The position numbers and the translations under genes are program-made. Below are positions 36,909 to 47,606 of a stretch of 64,000 bases of DNA, in pieces. The stretch is from NCBI GenBank assembly GCA_907165135.1, contig OU015567.1, forward strand, positions 11,780,001 through 11,844,000, given 5' to 3'. Numbering within the stretch: position 1 is the stretch's first letter; each line of letters starts with the position of its first letter. This stretch comes from Oikopleura dioica. Its lineage: Eukaryota > Animalia > Chordata. The notes beneath the pieces were generated by a model, which made no database searches, was not told where the DNA came from, and was given only the letters and a program-made list of their open reading frames with translations.

Positions 36909-37053
36909 AGCTTTGCGCAGTGGCAGTATCGTAAACGATGAGGTTTATCCGAGTTGCGATTATTGCTAATTGAAAACTATACCCAATACCCCGCCATGCG
37001 GACGTGAAATACCGTCCACATAGGCAATTTCTGAAGGAGGCTACGGTCTCCTC
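36909..37053 (+). ncRNA. RNU4: U4 spliceosomal snRNA
   Basis: AGCTTTGCGCAGTGGCAGTATCG...TGAGGTTTATCCGAG...GCGATTATTGCTAATTGAAAACT...CCCAATACCCCGCC matches metazoan U4. Compensatory stem changes, Sm site AATTTCTGA and a 3' hairpin are present. Confidence 0.95.
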
Positions 37054-37463
37054 GTAATAACGAAGATTTTGAACAGCCAAAATGGTGCAAAAAATCTGCC
37101 AACATCAACCCTAAAAATTTTCATGATGATCGTATGAACGAAGACGCCCAAATGAAACTTTATATTTGCGGAATCCTGCAAGTTTTATCAGAAGTAAGAA
37201 TACAAATTGGATAACTATCCAATACACTTGTATTCTGTGATCGAATATATTTAAAAGATCTTTATTGCATTAAAATATCTGTTACACAAATTTCATTCGG
37301 TAGTTGCTCGACAGCAACTGAAGCTCCAGGTTTTCGGACAGTGTTGCGGATTTCAGTTATTTAAATTTTCAGTCGATAGTATTTACAGAAGAGCAAAAAG
37401 AGAACGAAAATTTTGAATGGGCACGGTGAAAAAAGAGGATGAATTATGCTGAAGGACTTATGC

Positions 37464-38446
37464 TTAGTCGATGACGATCACGTCGTCGTTTTTCTTTTTC
37501 TTCGGTGGATTTTGAAGTGGCTGTGGCTTGTCCTCTTCGTCGGAGTCGATTATAATCGCTTGGGTTTGAACTAAAATCACAATTGACCATATTTGACAGC
37601 GTTTCTATTTATTACCTGGTCGAACGCGTTTTGGGCTAGGTGGGGCAGCTTGCTCAGGTTTTTTCTCCGCCTTTGCTGGGGGTTGCAGTGCCCCGGCACG
37701 AGCATTTTTGCGCGCTAGAACTTGAAGTAAACATATGTTTTAAGATGCTTGTCTACCTGGAAATTGAGGAAGATTTCGAACAAGCGGAAGTCTCGCCAAT
37801 TTAGCTTTTCTATCTTCCTTGATTTTCTCGACTTCCGCAGTGTTGTCTGGGTAAGATTTCTTTGGAGGTTTCTTAGAAGGGCCTGCTGATTTGTTGCTAT
37901 CTTCTTTGTCAAGGATCTCGCCAAGTGCTTCTGGGAAATATTCGTGGAAGTCTTTGAAGTTCTTCTTATTCCACTCTCCTGATGCATCAGCGAGCTTCTG
38001 TCGTTTCTCATTGGACTCTAGCATGCTTCCGATCCCCACTGACTCCTCGGCCATAAATGAGGAGATGCCATTGATGATCGTTCGTGGGCCCCACATCGGC
38101 GACCACGTTTCTGGGTGGTAGCTTGAAATCGACAGACACAGCTTTCTACCGGTAGCTAGTCGACCGTTTGGCGTCATCATATAGATTTCTGGGCCTTTGA
38201 AGGGGTAGTCTTTTGGAAACATGAGGTGGCCAACGTAATAACCGCGTTCGTAAGGAGTGTCTTTTGGGCCTAAACGCTATCTTTTCTGACGAAAATTCTT
38301 ATAAATTAACCTTTGATACAGTACCACCATTTCATGAGATTGGCCGGATCAGGCTTTGCCCATTGTCCTGGTGTAGGATCGTTTTCCATATCTATCAGGT
38401 CTTGTTTCAGACGTTTTACGGCCATAGGACTCGGTCCAACCGACAT
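37464..38446 (-). CDS. UBE2J-like: Ubc6/UBE2J-family ubiquitin-conjugating E2 lacking the C-terminal TM anchor, copy A (4 exons)
   Basis: GPKDTPYERGYY.G.L.FPKDYPFKGP, TPNGRL, KLCLSISSYHPETW (catalytic Cys). Spliced tail ends ...IIIDSDEE...PPKKKKNDDVIVID*. Confidence 0.88.
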
Positions 38447-38701
38447 TTTCACCCTTTTCGATTTTGCTAGTACCCCTTGAATAGAATTTAATTCATTGCA
38501 AGTTAGTTTAATTGTATTGACAGTTAACTTGAGTAGTACATATATTTTTTTGTATCTGTAGATTGAGCAGTTGCTTTCAGCATTTTTATGACAGCGTTTG
38601 GTAGCGAATTATGATTCAGATTATAGTGGAAAATGAAAATAAAAAAGTCAAAAACGAGTGTAATAGCGGTAGGTTTCTATAGAGAGGTAGTTGACTTTTT
38701 C

Positions 38702-39620
38702 TCAGTCGATGATAACGACATCGTCGTTTTTCAGCTTCTTTGGTGCATCTCGTCGAGCTCCAGGTTCATCGTCGTCGGAGAGGATTATCGGGTCGTCAAC
38801 CGCTAAGATACAGTTAGATTATAGGACAAACCGTTTCATTTTACCTGGGCGGACACGCTTAGCGACAACCACGGCTGCTGACTTCTGCTTCTCCTTTTTT
38901 GCTTGAGCTAAAATGCATGCACTTTAATTTCATAATTTATTGCTAATTGCAACCTTGAGCTTGAGGGAGTCTTCGAACAACAGGGTCTCTCGCCGGCTTA
39001 CCAGCTGTATTGCTCGGCTTTACAGGTTTGACCGGCTTCTTTGAAGGACCTGCGTCATTATTTTCACCTTGTTTGTCTAGAATCGCGGCCATCGCTTCCG
39101 GAAAATACTCTTGAAATTCTGGCAACTTTTTGATGTTCCATGATCCAGATTCCTCTGCGAATTTCTCCCGGTGTTGCTTTGACATTTTGAGGGAGCCATG
39201 TCCGTTCGATTCTTCCGCCATAAAAGACCGGATACCGTTGATGATAGTCCGCGGGCCCCAAAGAGGGGACCATGTTTCAGGGTGCCAGCCGCAGATAGTC
39301 AAGCAAAGCTTTGTGTCTAGGGCTAATCGGCCATTGGGCGTTCTCATGTAGATATCTGGTCCCTTGAAGGGATATTCTTTCGGAAAGATGAGATATCCAA
39401 CATAGAAGCCGCGTTTGTAGTCCGTATCCTCAGGCCCTAAAATTCATTTGGTCGTATTCGAATCTCAAATGAGGATGAACGAACCTTGGATACAGTAATG
39501 CCATTTCAAGATATTTGCTGGGTCTGGCTTTGCCCATTGCCCCGGAGTGGGTTCGCTCTGCATTTCAAGAAAGTCCTTTTGGAGTCTTTTCACTGCCATT
39601 TGATTGTGACCCTGCGACAT
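38702..39620 (-). CDS. UBE2J-like: Ubc6/UBE2J-family E2 lacking the C-terminal TM anchor, copy B (4 exons)
   Basis: FPKEYPFKGP, TPNGRL, KLCLTICGWHPETW. Spliced tail ends ...PIILSDDDE...PKKLKNDDVVIID*. Confidence 0.88.
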
Positions 39621-40030
39621 TTCGACCCTTTACGATTTTCTCACTGAATGAATGCAAATGAAAAAGAGGTTTCAATTTTTAATCATTTATTTTGTTCATT
39701 TTTGCTGGGCAATTATGCGTCACCATATATATTTCATATTTATCTCGCTTTGTACAGATTTAAAATCGTAAATTCGACAAATGTGCAATGCTGGGAGGGC
39801 TTCCAGCTGTTTTAAGGCATTTTCCAGTTTGGAAGAGGGGTTTTGAATTGAAGCTGACATAAGCTAGTTTTTGTGTACAAGAAGAAATTCGCAGAATAAA
39901 ATATAGAATGCATTGAGATTTCTTATATTCTGAACTTTTTCGGACACTCGAGGTTAGTTGTGGCTCTCATTTGAGAACAGTTAGGATTAAGTTATTCTAG
40001 CAGTGGAAATCGCGAGAGCTTGGTTCTCGT

Positions 40031-42637
40031 CTATGTCTCCACGGTATCAACATTTGGATATTTCTTTCTCATCCGCGCAACATCGTCACGGAAAAGAAGC
40101 GGGTCAAATCGAACCTCTGTATCTATCAGCGGCACAGTTCCATACTCGTCGACAAAGAAGTTCATACACTGCTGACGCTCCGTAAAATGCGCGTTATTCT
40201 CCCACCGACTCGCGAGCTTCCCAACGACGGGCTGAGGCTCGGTCGAGTCGGTTTTTGTCATGTATTGCTTCTTTTGAGTAACTTTGACAGGTGGCTGGCC
40301 GGATATGTCGGAAACCATGAAGTTCATTAAGATGTCCTCGCAGTTGCTGTAGTCATTTACTTTCTTTAGCATGGTGGATGGAAGACTTTGGAACAGGTGG
40401 AAGTAGTACTTGTGAATGATAGCAGCGCCAGTAAGAACGATGCTGTAATGATTGCCCCATTGCGAAGTATATCGCCACGGAGTCGTCTTGCTTGAAGACC
40501 GATTGTAATGTCTCTGAAGATTGGTTATCTACTGACGGGATGTAAACAACTTACCCGCGACGGAAAGCCAACAATGCGCTCTGGAAACGATAACCAGGTG
40601 GAGAATGCAAAAGCTATTTCTTCTGGATGCAAGGAAACATCGTTATCGAGAGACAAGACGGCATCATACTCAATTTGATCGTAGGGGAAGAGTCTGTTCG
40701 ACACTTTTAGTTCATCTTCTCTTAGCAGCAAAAAACTTTTCCCCTTCGGGGGAGGAGGCCAGCGGGAATCGACTGGTGGAGGATGTTCGCAAGCCCAAAG
40801 GACGATTACTTGCCCGCTATAAGTCATAAAATGGAGGCAAAATGAAAACAATCTTACCAAGATTCAGTTTTCCAAAGATTTTTGATCAGCTTGATAATAG
40901 GCGCGGCGGAAGAAGGCACAGTCTGTACGGTGTGAATAAGGGCAGTGAATTTTGTATCGAGCGAGTGCTCCTTCTTCTCAATGTAAAACGGTGTATTGCT
41001 TGGGCGTAGATTTGGAACTAAACTGAGCGCGCCGGGTGTCGAGTTCCAGACGAATTGGGGCGCACTTGCTTCAGGAAAGATGCGCTGACGGATGATCTCC
41101 AGTGTCGTTTTAACAATCTGGTCGACGGAACTGAAATAAGTACTGTACAAATTGGCTCCTTCTTGGCGCATTCTGAGCACGTTGGCTGGGGAGACGTCCT
41201 CCAGGTGCTGTCCAAGCTCCAGTAGAAGTTTTTCGTCCCAGTTGATTGTGGAGCGCTCCCAGTCAATGACTTCACTAGAATTTCGTTGATATATGATTGA
41301 CGTAGAAAGTTTAGACCTGAATGGAAGAACCCAATCATCGGCTAAAACAACAGGGACACAAGCTTGCTGAAGCGTTTCGATAAAGCGGAAGCTTCCCAAT
41401 CTTCGACCTCTGGGAACGAGACAGAACGTGGAATTTTTGAGTAGTGAGATGTAATCCCACCGATCGTACTCTTCGTTATCAGCGGCACATTTATCGAGGC
41501 ATTCTCGATTAGGGCAGAGTTTCTCCCAATCTTTTCCGTGACGGCAAGTTGTCAGCATTACGCTTCTCGAGCCATCGTGGAGGTGATAAAGAGAGTTACG
41601 AGTAACTGAGCCGATTCCATTGAGATATCGCTTTCCTAAAAGGCTTGTTATAAATTTGTGATCAAATCTTTTGTCCCAGAATGATAGGGATTGTAGGTCA
41701 AGGGTGTTGCCGGGCAAATAAATCACCGTCAGACGTAGTTAAGATAAGTTTTTTGTTTACCTTTGAACGACATGAGATGCGCGCCGAAAGAAGGCCACTT
41801 TGCAATTGCGCTCTCGGCGTAGTGCTTTCCCTTGGCGGGGTGGGTCTCGCCCCAGAGCGGCAACGACACGTCAAATCCACTGCGGTACTTCTGATACGAA
41901 ATCGACGCCTTGGCTAGCATCGCGTGCCCAAGGTCAAACCCGAGGTCCTCGAGATAATCTGGCCAGGTGCCAGAGTACAGGTTGAAGACGAGGTGGTTCT
42001 CTCCATTGTTCCACGTCGGTATTTGGGACAGTCGCCCAGCGAAGTTTTTTACGTAGCGTTCTTTCGATAGAGGATCTCGGTCAATCGAATCCACAGATAA
42101 GACTAATAATTTAATAACAATGTTCGAATTAGCTAATTGCACATACTCTTTATACAGGCTTCACTGATATTTTCTGTGTAATAAGGCGTCCGTTTAATCG
42201 AGTTCAATATCTTCAGGTAGTTAGCCGAGAGCGTGCCGTATTCTTCTTTACGTGGATAAATGTAAACCTTGAAACCGTGCTTTTTACAATTTGCGTCGTT
42301 GAAGCAGTTTTCCATGCGGCACTGGCGCGAGTCCAGCACGCGATTCACCGTTTCCACCTCGTCAAAAGCTCCGACACCATTTTCCTCTGAATAAACTGAT
42401 GATTTAACAATTTATTGCCAGTGAAATACCATCGTCGTAGGAAATATTAGGCTCATTGTAGTCGCGTGAGCGCCGTTTCCGGTGGTTTTCGCCGTGTTCA
42501 TCGTTGGATAAAGCGTACTGGGCCTGATGGTTGATGTAGAGAATCACTAAAAGTTGATTGAGTCGGGAGTAGGAAAACTGTTACTTACACAAAAAGATAG
42601 CAACACATGCAAGTCCATAGCGCTTTATACAACGCAT
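40031..42637 (-). CDS. EXT1: Exostosin-1 heparan sulfate polymerase, multi-exon
   Basis: CRMENCF...FKVYIYP, NLYSGTWPDY, TTCRHGKDW, FCLVPRGRRLGSFRF, NCEDILMNF, KVTQKKQY and DPLLFRD...RKKY. These are EXT1 rather than EXT2 signatures. Confidence 0.95.
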
Positions 42638-42876
42638 CTAAGTTGGGTTCTCGTGGAAGAAATCGTTCTCAGTGAAAATTCTTCCAACAGTGTTTCCGAT
42701 TACGAAAGTGCATCTGAAAATTCCTTTGTCAGAAAAAAGGTAAGAAAAGATTGTTTGAACTTGAATTCATGGGTATTCATGGGTTTCTTAGGTGAGTTGA
42801 AGGAAATTGGCTTTCACATATTTTCTGTTGATTCAATAAATAGGAAGTTACACCAGAACTGGCTCTGGAGGCGCGT

Positions 42877-44531
42877 TTACAAGTTGACGTTGTGCTCATA
42901 TGTGCTGTAAGAGTTGCAAGATCGGACTTTGAAAGGCTTCGAGGTCTGTAACGGTTTGGCGAATGTCGCTTTTTCCGCTCGAGATGAGAAGAAAAGCTCA
43001 AGGAAGCAATAACCCCATTTAAACTAAAGATAGATTTCTTTTTCGAAAAACCGCCCTTGACGATGTTGTGTGCGATGCCATCCATGGATGGTTCTGGGGA
43101 GCTGAGAGCCTCTCCAGTCTCGGCCTCGATAAGTTTCTTGACCTCCTTGTCGATGGACTTGACCTGGTCGGCAGTCAACAAACCAGCGTCGATGCATCGC
43201 TTTCGGAAGCCAGTAATGGGGTCAAGGGTCTTCTTCATGCTCTGGACCTGAAAACATGCTAGCTTTGGAAGTGTTTTTTGAAAGGTACCTCGTCTCGAGT
43301 TCGGTAAGAAGTTCCAGGGTCGGACCTATTATAGATAATAACAATGAATAAATAAAATTATAGTACATAGAGTGACCGTGGTATCTGTAAGTCTTCAACT
43401 CAATAAGAAGGGGACCATTTTCAAGGACGAACTTCTTGGCCCACTTGGTAGCTTCTCGGACAGCAACAACATCCATACCATCAACAAGAATACCAGGAAT
43501 GTAACCAGCTCGCTTGTAAAACTCAGTCGAAGCGGAGTGTCGATCGACGGAGGTACCCATGCCGTACTGGTTGTTCTCGCAGACGAATATGGCTGGGAGC
43601 TTCCAGAGCTAAAGAAACGGATTAGTGAGATGGGTTTATGATTGAAAAATTACCTTAGAGAGGTTGTAAGCTTCAAAGATCTGTCCCTGGGAGGCAGCTC
43701 CATCGCCATAGATGGAAATAGAAATACCACCATTGTTGGTGTACTTCTGGTTCCAGGCGAGTCCAGCGCCAAGAGGAACTTGAGCACCAACGATTCCGTT
43801 GCCTAAAAGATTGATTACTAAAACCCGATTTATAATTATTGGATAAGCAATCAATTATCATATTAAATTAGCCATGACCTCCCAGAACAAAGGTCAAACA
43901 GAATATAAGCGAAAATTTTAATGGCTTATCATTCTTTAAATCTAGGGTTAATTATGATTGGCAGACGCGCCGTCGATGGAGTTCAAAAAGTGTTAATTAT
44001 CTTAAACCCGCAGAAAAAGTCAATAAAATCGGCAATTACCTCCGTAGAATCCATCAGCATACATGTGCATGGATCCCCCTCGGCCGCGGGCACATCCCAA
44101 GTCTCGTCCGAAGAGTTCCGCAAGGACCTCCTTGACTGGAATGCCGCGGACGTAAGTCCAGCCGTGCGCTCTGTAGCTCGTAATTACGTCGTCGGTGCCT
44201 TCAATTGCATTCTCCATGCCGACGCAGCACGCCTCCTGTCCGTCGTAAAGGTGACAAAAGCCACGGATCACTGATCGCAATTCACACTGGGCTATTACGA
44301 GTTTTAATCACCTTTCTGTTTGTAAAGCTGATCGGCTTTGAGCTCCATGCGTCGGATAGTCTGCATCTGGGTGTAGTACTTAATGGCTTCCTCGCTGGTT
44401 ACGGTGCCAGAAGATGGAGGACCATCAGCGGGAGCGATGTCATGGAGGAGTACAGGGTTGAAATCGAAGCTTGCAGAGCTAGCGAATCGATTGAGCGAAC
44501 GGAGAGGAGCAGAGAGGACGCGGCGCAGCAT
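42877..44531 (-). CDS. PDHA1: Pyruvate dehydrogenase E1 alpha subunit, multi-exon
   Basis: [57 protein letters not shown]|SDPGTSYR. Confidence 0.96.
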
Positions 44532-46214
44532 TCTGAATAATTATGACTTGTTGATAAGATGTGTGCTAAGAGCTTGAGGTTAATTTGCACGTTTTTGACG
44601 TCATTTTACGGAGAGGATTTAAAACCTTTTATGGGCGTTCATAATTTATTGAATGTCATTTATTTGTAAATTTTAATCGGGGCTTTACTTTTCGAAAACT
44701 TTCTCATAATTAAATATCACGAATTGATAAATTTGTCCCGCAAGAGTTGAACTTCCCGAACCAAGAAATATAAAAAAAAAGTGATGAGCTAATCCTTTTT
44801 GACTTTCGCGGACAAAGAAGATTTTGATTATCGAGCTTGTCAGTCTGTAAATAAGAGGTGCCTCCTAATAAGGTGCCCCTCCATTCACAATTGACAAGTA
44901 GGTCTCATTATCTTTGTCTAAAAATAAGAAGAAAAAACGAAGAAGACGAGGAGTCTCCGAAATTTAATCTGTTAAAGGTGGTTTGGATTCCCCGTTTTTT
45001 CAAAAATAACATCGCGTGACAATGAGCCATGAAAAAAGTACTCATAAAGTTAATCAGTAAAATCTCTACCGATCACTAAGTTCGTCACGTAGAGGAAAAC
45101 CCAAGCCGGCTTTTATGATGGTTTTATGGCTATCAATGTGCCTTTGAAGAAAGGAAAACCAGCGTTCATAAGAAAGTGACAACGAGTCAATCATCCTTAC
45201 TTAGCACTTTTTCCTTTCCGGAAGCGGGCTTTTGTTCTAAGGAAGAATTGGGATAGCTTCTCTTTGTGAAAAAAATAATCGGTCGATAAGGGGTGCTAAA
45301 CTGGTTTCAAATGAATTTCCAGCTGAATAATCTAATGTGGTCTATTTTCAGGGGATTTAAGAAATCAAGTATAAATCGAAAATGATTTAAAAGTATGTAA
45401 AGAATTTGTTATTTTGAGATTGAAATATTTACCATTTTCCCGATTTTCAAAATTTTCTCGTTGTTTATCTTCTCCCTGGCCCTTTCTCTCTCGTTCCCGC
45501 GCTCGTAGGAGCCAAACAATAAGGGCATATTTGGCTTGTGTAAAAAATACTGGCGAAAAAAGGGTAAAATTTGCTTCGTCGGATTCCACGTTGGCCCAGT
45601 TTTCCGGGCACAGCGGGGCTCAATCCTGGTGATGATGGGAGAGCTGGTCGACGAAGCTGGCCTCGCGGGCTCCCTCTCGAGGCCCTTCAGCCCGAGCTCG
45701 TAGTCTTTTTGAGGCCAGCTGCGCTCTCTATCAATCAAACTTTCTCAACTCGGCATGTGCCTTTTCATCTTTTCACCAAAAATACCAACGACCGCAAAAA
45801 AAATTTGCCCCCGATATGCCGGAATCTTTATTTTTCAAAAAGTGACTAATTAGTCTTCCATGATCGCGATGAAAAATTTCCGCCCAGCGTGAATTTATTT
45901 GAACAAGGCGAGAAAGAGTAGAGCAAGGTCTCAAGTTCATGGGACTTTCAAGTATCACGTACTTTTGGTACCTACTGAGCGGAAAGAGTGGACTTGATAT
46001 TTGATTTATATGGCAATAAATGACAAATCAACTTTATGAAAGTGCATAAAGAATGAATATAAAACCCTTTAACGTCACATCAATGTTAGTAAAAAACAAG
46101 CCAAGCGAAATTTAATTAACAGAATTTATTGGTAATTGAAGAAATGCGGTAAATGGCAGTTATGATAACTTTGGCAAGATATAAATTTTAAATAAAACGA
46201 CACAACCGATTATT

Positions 46215-47227
46215 TCATTCTAGTGGATCCATCGACAATTCATCTGGATTTTCTTTTACTTCAGTTGGTTGCAGAGTAACGGTACTCTGGCCGTTGCCTG
46301 TAACGATGATCGGAGCCAATTGCGCCGGTAAATCTTCCGGAATATTCTCTTTTTCGGGCATTCTCTGTCTCTGAAAAATAAGAGTTATTGAAATTAGGGA
46401 GAACGAAGATTACCTGTTGCTCCGCTTCGTAATTCTTTTTCATGTTCCGCATGAACGATTTGAACGCTTCTTTATCAACCTTTGATTTCTGGCCAGCAAC
46501 GACTTGAAGAATTTCTGAAAGAACTATAGTCATTTATTTCAGGATATTTTCTCACTCACGTCTTGCAGATGGAAGACCGTGTCCTTTCGGAACGGACATG
46601 AGCATCAGTCCACTCGTTGAGAGTCGCTTAAGTTTCTGGACAGACATCTCCGCATGTATAAAGCCGCACATTTTCTTGTCAGAAACTCTTGGTGCTTCGA
46701 ACCTGTCTCTAGTCATTTTCTTGGGCTAAAGCAAAACTGAATGTAGAAAGCTTGTATTAGTCTTACATCAATCTTGAAGGGGCCTTCAGGACCAAGTCCG
46801 GGAGGAATGAAGCCTCCAGTTATTAGCTTTCTTCCTTGTTGCCGTGGAGGCAGATGTCGAAAATGTTGCTCGGGAAGTTTCAGTGTTGCAGGAGTGCGAT
46901 ATAAAGGTGCTCTGTAATCACTTGATTCTTGATGATTCACAGTCGGCCCAATTCCTGTCAAGACCCTACGATTTGCCTACGAGAGAGGTCATCAGAAATT
47001 GACACAGATGACCTTACATGTTGCTGAAGCTTCTCAGGGCGTAACTGAATGGGTTGAACTTGAGGATTAGGAGTTTCTTTTGGTTTCTTCAGAGTCTGAG
47101 TGACAGGTTTTTGCGTGTCCATATCCAAAATTGTTTCTGATTCTGCTGGCTTGAATTTGTGTCTCTGGCTTGACTCTTCCACTGGAGATATCGCATTTTC
47201 CTGGCTCGATGTTGCGGACATTCTCAA
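46215..47227 (-). CDS. Unidentified multi-exon gene (5' end unresolved)
   Basis: Successive open frames (47227-46958, 46961-46713, ~46690-46560, 46533-46415, ~46370-46215) separated by short intron-like gaps. No recognisable domain. Confidence 0.45.
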
Positions 47228-47606
47228 TCTTTAAAATTCAATTAACATGACAGAGAATTGAGTTTCAAGAATTTTCTGGGCAGTAAATGAATGGCAGATA
47301 ATTGAAGAAACACACGGGCTAAATATATATAGAAAAATAGGTAAATGAACTGTATGAAAATAACTGAATTGTGCGTGAAATAAATAAATATAGACGTTCG
47401 CTTGTCTATCGACATTCTGGTGACCAGTGCTGATGATTTTTGAAGCCACTTATTGTACTAAAAATATGTTTATCGCTCATGCATTTTTCATCGAGTATTA
47501 CGTGTATTTTTGTCGACAGACACTGCACTGTATGTTCCATTGCTTATCTTCTACTTGCTTTTTGCGCTTTGCTTAACTTCAAAGATAGGAAATAATAAAT
47601 AGGTAT

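Noticed and set aside
45409-45849. GC-rich overlapping ORFs between PDHA1 and the next gene
   Set aside because: No homology and no usable splice partners. More likely UTR or promoter sequence.
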